Source: an uncultured Nitrospirales bacterium
GTDB taxonomy: Bacteria; Nitrospirota; JACRHL01
Reading direction: 5' to 3'
Assembly (NCBI GenBank): GCA_964528115.1
Contig: CAZGRJ010000002.1
Span: 1-42,298 of the forward strand
DNA length: 42,298 bases
Shown here piece after piece: positions 18,651 to 26,380 of the stretch. Position numbers and translations under genes: made by a program. The notes below the pieces were generated by a model. That model had not been told where the DNA came from, did not search any database, and saw only the letters and a program-made list of their open reading frames with translations. Position 1 is the first letter of the stretch, and each line of letters begins with the position of its first letter.

Positions 18651-19346
18651 TCACAGCTCCGCGTCCAGGCGGCAAGTCACCCGTACCCCTCCGGGACCCG
18701 CCGAGGCCCCATAGGGTAGCACCATCACGCCCGCTTTGGCGGCCCTTCTGAGGGCTTTTCCGTAAGCCGGATCGATGTCGTCCGCGGGACGAAATTGTCG
18801 GGCGTCGTCCCGGTGCACCAGGAAGACCACGGCGGCCCGGTTTCCGGCCCGAACCACGCGGGCCAGCTCCTCCATGTGCTTGCGGCCGCGCTCCGTGACG
18901 GCGTCCGGGAAGCGGGCCGTGCCTCCCTCCGCCAGGGTCGTGTTCTTGACCTCCACGTAGGTGGGGCCCGGCCCGCCCGTCAAGAATATGTCGATCCGGC
19001 TGTTCCTCCCGTAGGGGACCTCGCGCCGGATTTCGGCGTGGCCGGCCAGCTCGGGGATCCGGCCGGCCTCGATGGCCTCGGCCACGATCCCGTTGGCCCG
19101 GGCGGTGTTGATGCCCACCCAGGTGCCGTCCACCTGCACCAGCTCCCACGTGTAACGCAGCTTGCGGGCGGGGTTCGTCGCCTCGGAGAGCAGCACCGGG
19201 CTGCCCGGCTCGGCGCACCCCAGCATGCTGCCGGTGTTGGCGCAGTGGGCCGTGACGGGGGTGCCGTCCTCCAGCGTCACGTCGGCCAGGAAGCGCTTGT
19301 AGCGCCGGACGAGGCGGCCGGGGAGGAGGGGGCTGGGCCACTGCAT
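18651..19346 (-). CDS. sfsA: SfsA-family protein (OB-fold plus nuclease-like domain)
   Basis: This is the C-terminal 231 aa of ORF 18651..20204. ATG 19346-19344 gives MQWPSPLLPGRLVRRYKRFLADVTLEDGTPVTAHCANTGSM. It also contains YVEVKNTTL and FPDAVTERGRKH. Confidence 0.88.
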   Translation of the reverse strand: MQWPSPLLPGRLVRRYKRFLADVTLEDGTPVTAHCANTGSMLGCAEPGSPVLLSEATNPARKLRYTWELVQVDGTWVGINTARANGIVAEAIEAGRIPELAGHAEIRREVPYGRNSRIDIFLTGGPGPTYVEVKNTTLAEGGTARFPDAVTERGRKHMEELARVVRAGNRAAVVFLVHRDDARQFRPADDIDPAYGKALRRAAKAGVMVLPYGASAGPGGVRVTCRLDAEL

Positions 19347-19405
19347 CGGGCGCGGGGGCTTACGGGGCGGCGGCGGGCGGGGTCCGGGGCGGGGCGGGCG
19401 GGAGA

Positions 19406-20164
19406 CTAGATCTCGCCGTTCAGCGAGGTGAGGACCTCGTGGCCGTCCGGCGTGACGAGGATCGTGTGCTCGAACTGGCCCGAAAGCGACCCGTCGCGGG
19501 TGATGACGGTCCAGTTGTCCGACAGGACCCGGATCTCGGGGCGCCCCAGGTTGACCATGGGCTCGATGGTGAAGGTCATCCCCGGCCGCAGGCGGAAACC
19601 GCGCCCCGGGCGGCCGAAGTGGAGCACCTGGGGCTCCTCGTGGAAGTTGCGCCCGATGCCGTGGCCGCAGTACTCGCGCACCACCGTGCACCCCTCGCCC
19701 TCCACGTAGGACTGGATCGCCCAGCCGATGTCCCCCAGGGTGGCCCCGGGGGTGGCGGCGGCGATCCCGCGCTTGAGGGCCTCGTGGGCCACGTGGGTGA
19801 TCCGGCGGCCGGGCTCGCCCACCTCGCCCACCAGGAAGGTGCGGCTGGTGTCGCCGTGGAAGCCGTCCAGGCGGGTGGTGATGTCCACGTTGACGATGTC
19901 CCCCTCCTTGAGCACCTGGGCCCCGGGGATGCCGTGGCAGACCACGTCGTTGACGCTCGTGCAGATGCTCTTGGGGAAGCCGTAGTAGTTCAGGGGCGAG
20001 GGGTAGGCGCCGTGGGAGACGATGAACTGGTGGCAGAGCTCGTTCAGGTGGTCGGTGGTGGCCCCGGCCTTGACGTGCGGGGCGATGAAGTCGAGCACCT
20101 GGGCCGCCAGGGTGCAGGTGGCCCGCATCTTGGCGATCTCGTCCGCGCTCTTGATGTGGACCAT
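19406..20164 (-). CDS. map: Type I methionine aminopeptidase
   Basis: Within ORF 19406..20503. ATG 20164-20162 (MVHIKSADEIAKMR) is preceded by AAGGGAG 5 nt upstream. Metal-ligand blocks: VCHGIPG, DIVNVDITT, GFHGDTS, GHGIGRNFHEEP, FTIEPM. Confidence 0.93.
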   Translation of the reverse strand: MVHIKSADEIAKMRATCTLAAQVLDFIAPHVKAGATTDHLNELCHQFIVSHGAYPSPLNYYGFPKSICTSVNDVVCHGIPGAQVLKEGDIVNVDITTRLDGFHGDTSRTFLVGEVGEPGRRITHVAHEALKRGIAAATPGATLGDIGWAIQSYVEGEGCTVVREYCGHGIGRNFHEEPQVLHFGRPGRGFRLRPGMTFTIEPMVNLGRPEIRVLSDNWTVITRDGSLSGQFEHTILVTPDGHEVLTSLNGEI

Positions 20165-20313
20165 CGACGCTCCCTTGGGGGCCCCCCGGGCGCCGGCGAC
20201 ACACCCGCCGGGACCCGCGAAAAGCTCATTGTAACGGAAGGGGGGACACGGGGCGCCCCCGGAAAGGGTCAAATGCCGGGCATCGGCCCGGGCTCGGGCG
20301 GGCCCGGGCGGAC

Positions 20314-22047
20314 TCAGCCGGTGCGGGGGCCCGGGGCCGTGGGGGCCTCGGGCGCCTCGTCGGGCGTCACGCCGGCGGCGGCCTTCTGGCGCTCCTCCTC
20401 CCGGAGCATGCGGCGCAGGACCTTGCCCACGATGTTCTTGGGCAGCTCGGCCCGGAACTCCACCTCCTTGGGGACCTTGAACTTGGCCAGGTGCTCGCCG
20501 CACCAGGCCTGGACCTCCTCGGCGGTGGCCGTCTCGCCGTCGTTCAGGACCAGGTAGGCCCGGATCTTCTCCCCCAGAAAGTCGTCCGGCAGGCCCGCCA
20601 CCACGGCCTCGTGGACCTTGGGGTGGCGGAACAGGACCTCCTCCACCTCGCGCGGATAGACGTTCTCGCCGCCGGTCTTGATCATGTCCTTCTTGCGGTC
20701 GGCGATGTAGAAGAAGCCGTCCGCGTCCATGCGGGCCATGTCGCCGGTGTGGAGCCAGCCCCCCGCCAGGGTGGCGAGGGTCTCCTCCGACCGGTTCCAG
20801 TAGCCCTTCATCACCTGGGGGCCGCGGACGACCAGCTCGCCGACCGCGTCGACCGGCAGCTCGGTCTCACCGTCCTCGCCCACCACGCGGGCGTCCGTGC
20901 CCGGGAACGGCAGGCCGATGGAGCCCACCTTGCGGGTGCCGCCGATGGGGTTGGCGTGGGTGACCGGGGCCGCCTCCGACAGGCCGTAGCCCTCCACCAC
21001 CTGGGCCCCGGTGAGGGCCTCGAAGCGCTCCTGCACGTCGGCCTGGAGCGGCCCCGCGCCGGAGACGCAGGCCTCGATGGAGCGCAGGTTGTAGCGATGC
21101 GCCCTGGGGTGGTTGGAGATCGCCAGGTACATGGCCTGGATGCCCGGGAACAGGTTGGGGCGCGTGCGCTGGATGGTCTTGAGCACCTCCAGGGTGGAGA
21201 ACTTGGGCAGGAGGATCATCTCGCCGCCCGCCATCACGCTCAGGTTCATGCACGTGGTCATGCCGTACACATGGAAGAACGGGATGACGCTGAGGAAACG
21301 CACCTCGCCCTCCCGGATCTGGGGGATCCAGGCCCGGCACTGGAGGGTGTTCGCCACCAGGTTGCGGTGGGTGAGGATGACCCCCTTGGGCGTTCCCGTG
21401 GTGCCCCCCGTGTACTGGAGCAGGGCCACGTCGTCCGCCGCCGGGCGCACCGCCGGGGGGGTGACCGCGGCGGCGGCGAGCAGGCGCTCCATGTCGTGGG
21501 CCGGGGGGTGCTTCTCGAACGGCCGCCACATGCCGTCGCGCTTGGCCTTCACGGGGTAGAGCATCCGCTTCCAGCCCTTGAGGTAGTCCCGCACGCCGCA
21601 GTAGATCACGGCGTCGAGGCCCGCGTCGGTCATGATGGGCTCGATGCGCTCGCGGAAGATGTCGAGGGCGAACAGGACCTTGGTGCCCGAGTCCAGGAGC
21701 TGGGCCAGGAGCTCCTCGCTCTGGTAGAGGGGGTTGGTCTGGACCACCACGGCCCCGGCCCGCAGCGCGCCGTAGAAGGCGATGGGGAACTGGGGCACGT
21801 TGGGCAGCATGACCGCGACCCGGTCGCCCTTTTTGACGCCGAGTCCCGCCAGGGCGGCGGCGCAGCGGGCGGTGCGCTCGTCGAAGGCGCCGTAGGAGAG
21901 GGTGGCGCCGTAGAAACGCATGGCGGGGCGGCCCGGGAAGCGCTTGACCGTGTCGGCCAGCAGGCGGGTGAGGGGCACGTCGGGCACCTCCACCTCGCGG
22001 GGGACGCCGGGGGCGTAGTGGTCGAACCAGGGACGATCCGTGTCCAT
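20314..22047 (-). CDS. fadD: Long-chain fatty-acid--CoA ligase (AMP-forming adenylating enzyme)
   Basis: Within ORF 20314..22200. ATG 22047-22045 gives MDTDRPWFDHYAPGVPREV. AMP-binding motifs: LQYTGGTTGTPKGV, GYGLSEA, TGDMARMDADGFFYIADRKKDMIKTGGENVYP. Confidence 0.88.
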   Translation of the reverse strand: MDTDRPWFDHYAPGVPREVEVPDVPLTRLLADTVKRFPGRPAMRFYGATLSYGAFDERTARCAAALAGLGVKKGDRVAVMLPNVPQFPIAFYGALRAGAVVVQTNPLYQSEELLAQLLDSGTKVLFALDIFRERIEPIMTDAGLDAVIYCGVRDYLKGWKRMLYPVKAKRDGMWRPFEKHPPAHDMERLLAAAAVTPPAVRPAADDVALLQYTGGTTGTPKGVILTHRNLVANTLQCRAWIPQIREGEVRFLSVIPFFHVYGMTTCMNLSVMAGGEMILLPKFSTLEVLKTIQRTRPNLFPGIQAMYLAISNHPRAHRYNLRSIEACVSGAGPLQADVQERFEALTGAQVVEGYGLSEAAPVTHANPIGGTRKVGSIGLPFPGTDARVVGEDGETELPVDAVGELVVRGPQVMKGYWNRSEETLATLAGGWLHTGDMARMDADGFFYIADRKKDMIKTGGENVYPREVEEVLFRHPKVHEAVVAGLPDDFLGEKIRAYLVLNDGETATAEEVQAWCGEHLAKFKVPKEVEFRAELPKNIVGKVLRRMLREEERQKAAAGVTPDEAPEAPTAPGPRTG

Positions 22048-22220
22048 GAAAGCTCGCTCGGGTCCGGCGGGGCCGGGAGACGTTTCCTTGTCGGGCGGCC
22101 GCGGGGCCCCGGTGAGGGGATTGTGCAAACCCGGAGGGCCCCCGGCAAGGGGGGGCGCCGGGCCGTGCCCCTTGCGCGGGGGCGGAATCGGCGTATACAA
22201 GGGGGAAGGAGGCGCCCTTC

Positions 22221-22874
22221 ATGACCGGTCCCATCCGCCGCGACCCGCGGCTGTTCCCCCTCTCCCACGACCACCACCAGGCCCTGGCCCGGGCCAGGGA
22301 GGCCACCCTGGCCGTGGACGGCAGCGTTCCGCCCCAGGACGTGGCGACCCTGACCGCCCTGGCGGAGCGGTGCGCGGCCTACGTGACCGAGCATCTGGAG
22401 CCGCACTTCAAGCGCGAGGAGAAGCACCTCCTGCCGGTGAGCGTGGCGCGGTTCGGGCGCGACGACGACCTGGTGGTCCGGGTGAAGGAGGAGCACGCCA
22501 TGGTGCGCAAGCTCACCCGGCGCCTGACGGACCCCAAGGACAAGGCCCCCCTCACGGGGCGCCTGGCGGCCTGGGCCAAGGCCCTGGTGGACCACGTGCG
22601 GTTCGAGGAGCGGGAGTGGTTCGAGGCGCTCCAGAACAGCCTGCCCGACAAGGAGCTGGAGCGCCTGGGGCGTCTGCTGGCGAACGGCGGCGATCCGGCC
22701 CGCGAGGCGCCGAGGAAGCTCGCGGCCAAGGAGAGCGTCACGAAGGCGGTAGCCGCGAAAAAGGCCACCGCCAAGCCACCGCCCAAGAAGGTGGCGCCCA
22801 AAAAGTCAGTGGCAAAAACGGCGGCGCCGAAGAAATCCGGCGCCGCGAAGCCGAAGCCGAGGAAGGGGCGCTAG
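22221..22874 (+). CDS. Hemerythrin (HHE cation-binding) domain protein with a histone-H1-like Lys/Ala/Pro C-terminal tail
   Basis: ORF 22221..22874. GGAAGGAGG lies 8-9 nt upstream of the ATG. His/Glu ligand pattern: SHDHHQAL, EPHFKREEKHLLP, EEHAMV, DHVRFEEREWF. The last 52 residues (KLAAKESVTKAVAAKKATAKPPPKKVAPKKSVAKTAAPKKSGAAKPKPRKGR) contain 16 Lys. Confidence 0.8.
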   Translation: MTGPIRRDPRLFPLSHDHHQALARAREATLAVDGSVPPQDVATLTALAERCAAYVTEHLEPHFKREEKHLLPVSVARFGRDDDLVVRVKEEHAMVRKLTRRLTDPKDKAPLTGRLAAWAKALVDHVRFEEREWFEALQNSLPDKELERLGRLLANGGDPAREAPRKLAAKESVTKAVAAKKATAKPPPKKVAPKKSVAKTAAPKKSGAAKPKPRKGR

Positions 22875-22885
22875 GCCCCTTTTCT
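22863..22885 (+). terminator. Candidate intrinsic terminator of the hemerythrin gene
   Basis: The stem AAGGGGC (22863-22869) pairs with GCCCCTT (22875-22881). The loop GCTAG contains the stop codon. The stem is followed by TTCT. It sits between convergent genes. Confidence 0.5.
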
Positions 22886-22918
22886 ACAGGTCGGTGCGGC
22901 TCAAGAAGGCGGGCTACC

Positions 22919-23263
22919 CTAGCCTGGGGGGCCGCCGAAGACCTTCTCGAGCAGCGGCTTCACCTCGCCCTTCGACTCCATCTCGTCCAGGACGTCGGTG
23001 TCGGCGTAGAAGTCGCCCCCGATGAACACCTTGGGCAGCGTGGGCCACTCGGTCATGCGGGAGAGCACCTCGCGCTTGGCGGGGTTCTCGAGCGCGTTGA
23101 TGACCGTGAAGGGGTAGCCGTACTTCTGGAAGAACTGGATCGTCTCCACGGTGAATCCGCACATGGGCATCTCGCGCGTGCCCTTGCCGTAGATCACGAT
23201 CTTGTTCTCGCCGATCTCCTTGGCGATCTCGGCCCGGATCGCCTCCTCGTTCGGAATGGTCAT
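22919..23263 (-). CDS. grxD: Monothiol (Grx4-type) glutaredoxin with a CGFT active site
   Basis: This is the C-terminal 114 aa of ORF 22919..23674. ATG 23263-23261 gives MTIPNEEAIRAEIAKEIGENKIVIYGKGTREMPMCGFTVE. It also contains WPTLPKVFIGGDFYADTD. Confidence 0.88.
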   Translation of the reverse strand: MTIPNEEAIRAEIAKEIGENKIVIYGKGTREMPMCGFTVETIQFFQKYGYPFTVINALENPAKREVLSRMTEWPTLPKVFIGGDFYADTDVLDEMESKGEVKPLLEKVFGGPPG

Positions 23264-23295
23264 CGCTCGGGTTCCTTGCAGGTTCCGGTATCGGT

Positions 23296-23544
23296 TCAGG
23301 TTCCCGCGGCCTCGTCGGGCGTCGCGGTCTTCAGCTCCAGGGCGTGGATGCGCCCGTCCCCCATGGGTCCGGCCAGGGTCTTGTGGATCATGCGGCGCCG
23401 GTCGAGGGGGTTCTTCCCCGCGAAGCCCGTCGAGACGATTCCCACCCGGTAGTGGTCGCGGGTCCCGGTCAGGTCCGTGACGGTCACGCGGGCGTCCGGG
23501 AGGGCGTCCGTGATGAGCTTCTCGATCTCGGCCGGATGGATCAC
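23296..23544 (-). CDS. bolA: BolA-family protein
   Basis: ORF 23296..23544 with a GTG start preceded by GGAGG 6 nt upstream. It contains the BolA-like block DHYRVGIVSTGFAGKNPLDRRRMIHKTL. It lies immediately upstream of the glutaredoxin, a classic pairing. Confidence 0.85.
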   Translation of the reverse strand: MIHPAEIEKLITDALPDARVTVTDLTGTRDHYRVGIVSTGFAGKNPLDRRRMIHKTLAGPMGDGRIHALELKTATPDEAAGT

Positions 23545-23580
23545 ACCGTTCCTCCGGGTTGGGGTTGCGGGGTTCGCTGC

Positions 23581-23598
23581 TTCGGCCGATCGGCCGAA
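23581..23598. promoter_or_regulatory. Perfect 18-bp palindrome TTCGGCCGATCGGCCGAA in the bolA/mtaB divergent region
   Basis: Read directly from the sequence; the two 9-nt halves are exact reverse complements. It lies 37 nt upstream of the bolA GTG. Its function (operator versus RNA hairpin) is unknown. Confidence 0.3.
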
Positions 23599-23757
23599 AA
23601 TGGCACCCCGGGCTCGCCCGGGCGCGGACCGCCCGCGCGCGGCCCGTACCCCGGCGGCCCGGGGTCCTCGTCAAGTGTGAGCGCCCCTCCGGGCTTGCGC
23701 AAGGTCGGCGCCGGACCCGTTTGCGACCCCGCGGAATGCGTGGGAAAATCGCCCGCC

Positions 23758-23787
23758 GTGAACGCCCTGCCCGTGAACGCCCTCCCG
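23758..23787 (+). repeat. Tandem 15-bp direct repeat (GTGAACGCCCTGCCC / GTGAACGCCCTCCCG) abutting the mtaB ATG
   Basis: Read directly from the sequence; 13 of 15 positions are identical. The repeat is in frame with mtaB (VNALP-VNALP), and each copy begins with a potential GTG start. Confidence 0.8.
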
Positions 23788-25197
23788 ATGCCCGCCCCGG
23801 CCCCGGACACCGCCTCCGAGGCCCCCGCCTTCCCCCCCGGCCACCGGGTCTGCGTGACCACCATGGGGTGCCGCGTGAACCGCTACGACGCGGCGCTCCT
23901 GCGCGCCGAGGTGGCGGCCCTGGGGGCGCAGGTCGTGGGGGAGGACGAGCCCTACGACCTGTTCGTCCTGAACACCTGCACGGTCACCCACCGGGCCGAC
24001 ACGGAGGCCCGGCGCCTCGCCCGGCGCGCCCGGCGGCGGCGTCCCGGGGCGCGAGTCGCCGTAACCGGCTGTTATGCGGAAGTCGACCCGGCAGCCCTCG
24101 CCGCCATGCCGGAGATCGACCTCGTGGCGGGCAACCGGGACAAGCCCGAGCTTGCCGGGCGCCTGGCGGCGTTGGCACGGGGGGAGGATGCCGACGATCT
24201 CCCGTTGCGTCCGCCGCACCGCCGCTGGGGGTGCGGGTCGATCTTCGGCGCGGGGGTGGACCTGCTGCCCGAGGCGGAGAGCACGCGCTTCTTCCTGAAG
24301 GTCCAGGAGGGGTGCGACCAGCCGTGCGCCTACTGCATCATCCCCACGGCCCGGGGCGCGGCGCGCTCCATGCCGCCGGACGACGTGGTGGCGGCGGTCC
24401 GCGGCGCCCACGAAGCCGGCCACCGCGAGGTGGTCCTGGCGGGCATCCACCTGGGGGGGTACGGGCGCGACATCTCCGGCGTCGACGCGGGCGTGGACTT
24501 CACCGACATGGACTTCGCGGGCCTGCTCGAACGGGTCCTGGGGGAGACGGACATGCCCCGCATCCGCTTCGGCTCCCTGGAGCCGTGGGGCGTGACGGAC
24601 GCCTTCGTGGACCTGCTCGGTCGCGAGCGCCGTCTCATGCCGTTCCTCCACCTGCCGCTGCAATCGGGCGCGGCATCGGTCCTGAGGCGCATGCGGCGGC
24701 CGTGCACGCCCGACTTCTATCGGGCCCGGGTGGAGGCCGTCCTCGCGGCGCGGCCGGAGCTGTTCCTCTCGACGGACGTCCTCACGGGCTTTCCCGGCGA
24801 GACGGACGCGGAGTTCGCCGAGGGGCACGACTTCATCGCCTCGCTCCCCTTCGCCCACCTGCACGTCTTCCCCTACTCGGCCCGGTCCGGCACCCCGGCG
24901 GCGGACTTGGCCAGCCCTGTGCCGCCCGACGTGAAGCGCGACCGGGCGGCGCGCCTGATCGACCTGTCGGACCGCCTCAAGGCGGCGGCCCTGGCGGCCC
25001 GGGTCGGGGCCGTCACGGAGGTCCTGGTGGAGCGCCGGGGCGGCGGCCACGCCGAGGACGGCAGCGCCGTGGCCCTGAGGGGCGGGCCCCACGCCCCGGG
25101 GACGATCGTGCGGGCCCGGGTCACGGGGGTGGAGGGGGAGCGGCTGCGGGCCGTGCCGGTCGGCGCCCCGGCGGGGATGCGGCACCTTTTTGCCTGA
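23788..25197 (+). CDS. mtaB: MiaB/MtaB-family radical-SAM tRNA methylthiotransferase
   Basis: Within ORF 23344..25197. ATG 23788 gives MPAPAPD.... It has the UPF0004 N-domain VCVTTMGCRVNRYDAALL, the radical-SAM cluster CDQPCAYCIIP, and a C-terminal TRAM-like region. GTG starts at 23758 or 23773 are possible. Confidence 0.85.
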   Translation: MPAPAPDTASEAPAFPPGHRVCVTTMGCRVNRYDAALLRAEVAALGAQVVGEDEPYDLFVLNTCTVTHRADTEARRLARRARRRRPGARVAVTGCYAEVDPAALAAMPEIDLVAGNRDKPELAGRLAALARGEDADDLPLRPPHRRWGCGSIFGAGVDLLPEAESTRFFLKVQEGCDQPCAYCIIPTARGAARSMPPDDVVAAVRGAHEAGHREVVLAGIHLGGYGRDISGVDAGVDFTDMDFAGLLERVLGETDMPRIRFGSLEPWGVTDAFVDLLGRERRLMPFLHLPLQSGAASVLRRMRRPCTPDFYRARVEAVLAARPELFLSTDVLTGFPGETDAEFAEGHDFIASLPFAHLHVFPYSARSGTPAADLASPVPPDVKRDRAARLIDLSDRLKAAALAARVGAVTEVLVERRGGGHAEDGSAVALRGGPHAPGTIVRARVTGVEGERLRAVPVGAPAGMRHLFA

Positions 25198-25209
25198 TTT
25201 CGCTTGAAA

Positions 25210-25239
25210 TTGGGGAGCCGAATCCCGTACGGATATAAT
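25210..25239 (+). promoter_or_regulatory. Candidate promoter TTGGGG-N18-TATAAT upstream of the lipoprotein gene
   Basis: A consensus -10 TATAAT lies at 25234-25239 inside a locally AT-rich patch. The -35 TTGGGG at 25210-25215 is weak. Confidence 0.35.
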
Positions 25240-25253
25240 AAAGGTGGATGCCG

Positions 25254-25276
25254 GGGCGGCGCGTGGGGCGCCGCCC
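25254..25276 (+). other. GC hairpin (9-bp stem) in the mtaB-lipoprotein spacer
   Basis: GGGCGGCGC (25254-25262) pairs with GCGCCGCCC (25268-25276) around the loop GTGGG, followed by TTGTCGT. It could be the mtaB terminator or a leader structure of the next gene. The U-tract is weak. Confidence 0.3.
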
Positions 25277-25364
25277 TTGTCGTATCCGGTTGCCGGGCCG
25301 CGAGGTCGCGCGGTCCCACCGAGGGCGGAAACAGCGCCCAAGGGCAGCACCGTAGGGAGAGAGC

Positions 25365-26357
25365 TTGGTGCATAGGACCCGCCGGGTCCGGGGGAGCGGT
25401 CCGATCCCCGCCACATGCGTCCTGCTGGTCGGCCTGGCGGCGTTGCCGCTCGGCGGTTGCGGTGGCGCGTCCGGCGCCCCGGGGGGCGGCGGCTACGACG
25501 GGCTCACCACCGACGCCCGCATCACCGAGGACAACGCCGCGCCCCTCGCGGCCGTGGCCCTGGGGCTCGGCACCGGCCTCGACGCCTTCGTCGGGCGTCC
25601 CCTCGTCGGCACCGCCAAGCCGGCGGACGGGGTCGCTGTCCTCCCCTTACCGTTTACGCCCGACGCCGTGCTCCGGAAGGACCTTCGGGTCGCGCCCGCG
25701 GAGGAAAACGGCGACGTGGTGGCCTTCGACTACCTGGTCCCGGGCCCCGCGGGCGGCCAGGTGCGCGTGTACGGCAACCTGTGGCCCGACGGCACGGGGG
25801 TCCTGGCCACCACCTTCACCGACTACGGCCGGGGCGACGGCTCCGAGCTGGGCGGCACGGTCACGTACCTGATCGTCGCGCGCGACGCGGACACGGGCCG
25901 GATCACCGACATGGACATCCGCCTGGCCGGATTCGTCCTGGCCGAGGCCGCGAGCGACCTGCGCCTGGACGGGGAGATCGCCGCCACGTCGCCCGTCCCG
26001 GGACGGGTGGAGAACCGCCTCGACGTGGAGGGGCGCGACCGCGTGACCGGCAAGGCGTTCCGCTACCGCGACTTCCTCCTGGTGCGCGCCACCCCGGCGG
26101 TCGGCACCCCGGCCGAGGACCTGGAGGGGGAGGCCTTCGAGGGCGCCGCCGGGCGCCTGACGGTGACCACCGACGCCCCCGTGGCCTGGGTCGGCGCGTC
26201 CCCCGTCGGGGGTGGTCCGGTGCGCCTGGCCGGGGCCGAGGCCACCGCCGCGCGGGTCACGCCGCTGTCCGACGGCACCGCCGAGATCGCCGTGGACGCG
26301 GACGGCGACGGCACCTTCGAGACCGTGCACGTCGTCGGCTGGGACGCCGTGAAGTAG
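25365..26357 (+). CDS. Hypothetical lipoprotein (no recognisable domain)
   Basis: ORF 25365..26357, with a TTG start or GTG at 25368. GGGAG lies 5-8 nt upstream. The signal peptide with lipobox is VLLVGLAALPLGGC, followed by a Gly-rich linker. Confidence 0.7.
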   Translation: MVHRTRRVRGSGPIPATCVLLVGLAALPLGGCGGASGAPGGGGYDGLTTDARITEDNAAPLAAVALGLGTGLDAFVGRPLVGTAKPADGVAVLPLPFTPDAVLRKDLRVAPAEENGDVVAFDYLVPGPAGGQVRVYGNLWPDGTGVLATTFTDYGRGDGSELGGTVTYLIVARDADTGRITDMDIRLAGFVLAEAASDLRLDGEIAATSPVPGRVENRLDVEGRDRVTGKAFRYRDFLLVRATPAVGTPAEDLEGEAFEGAAGRLTVTTDAPVAWVGASPVGGGPVRLAGAEATAARVTPLSDGTAEIAVDADGDGTFETVHVVGWDAVK

Positions 26358-26358
26358 C

Positions 26359-26380
26359 GCCCTAGCGGGTCCTCTAGGGC
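26359..26380. other. Hairpin between convergent genes (GCCCTAG-N8-CTAGGGC)
   Basis: A 7-bp inverted repeat read directly from the sequence. The right arm contains the stop codon of the minus-strand hydrolase gene. There is no U-tract on either strand. Confidence 0.3.

Noticed and set aside
20228-20272. TTGACC and TACAAT hexamers (minus strand) upstream of map, considered as a promoter.
   Set aside because: The two boxes are 33 nt apart, far outside the 16-19-nt spacing. Neither has a suitable partner at the right distance.
25204-25872. 222-aa plus-strand ORF starting in the mtaB-lipoprotein spacer.
   Set aside because: It is out of frame with the lipoprotein gene, which has an SD, a signal peptide and a lipobox. 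The translation is Arg/Gly/Ala/Pro-rich with no features.
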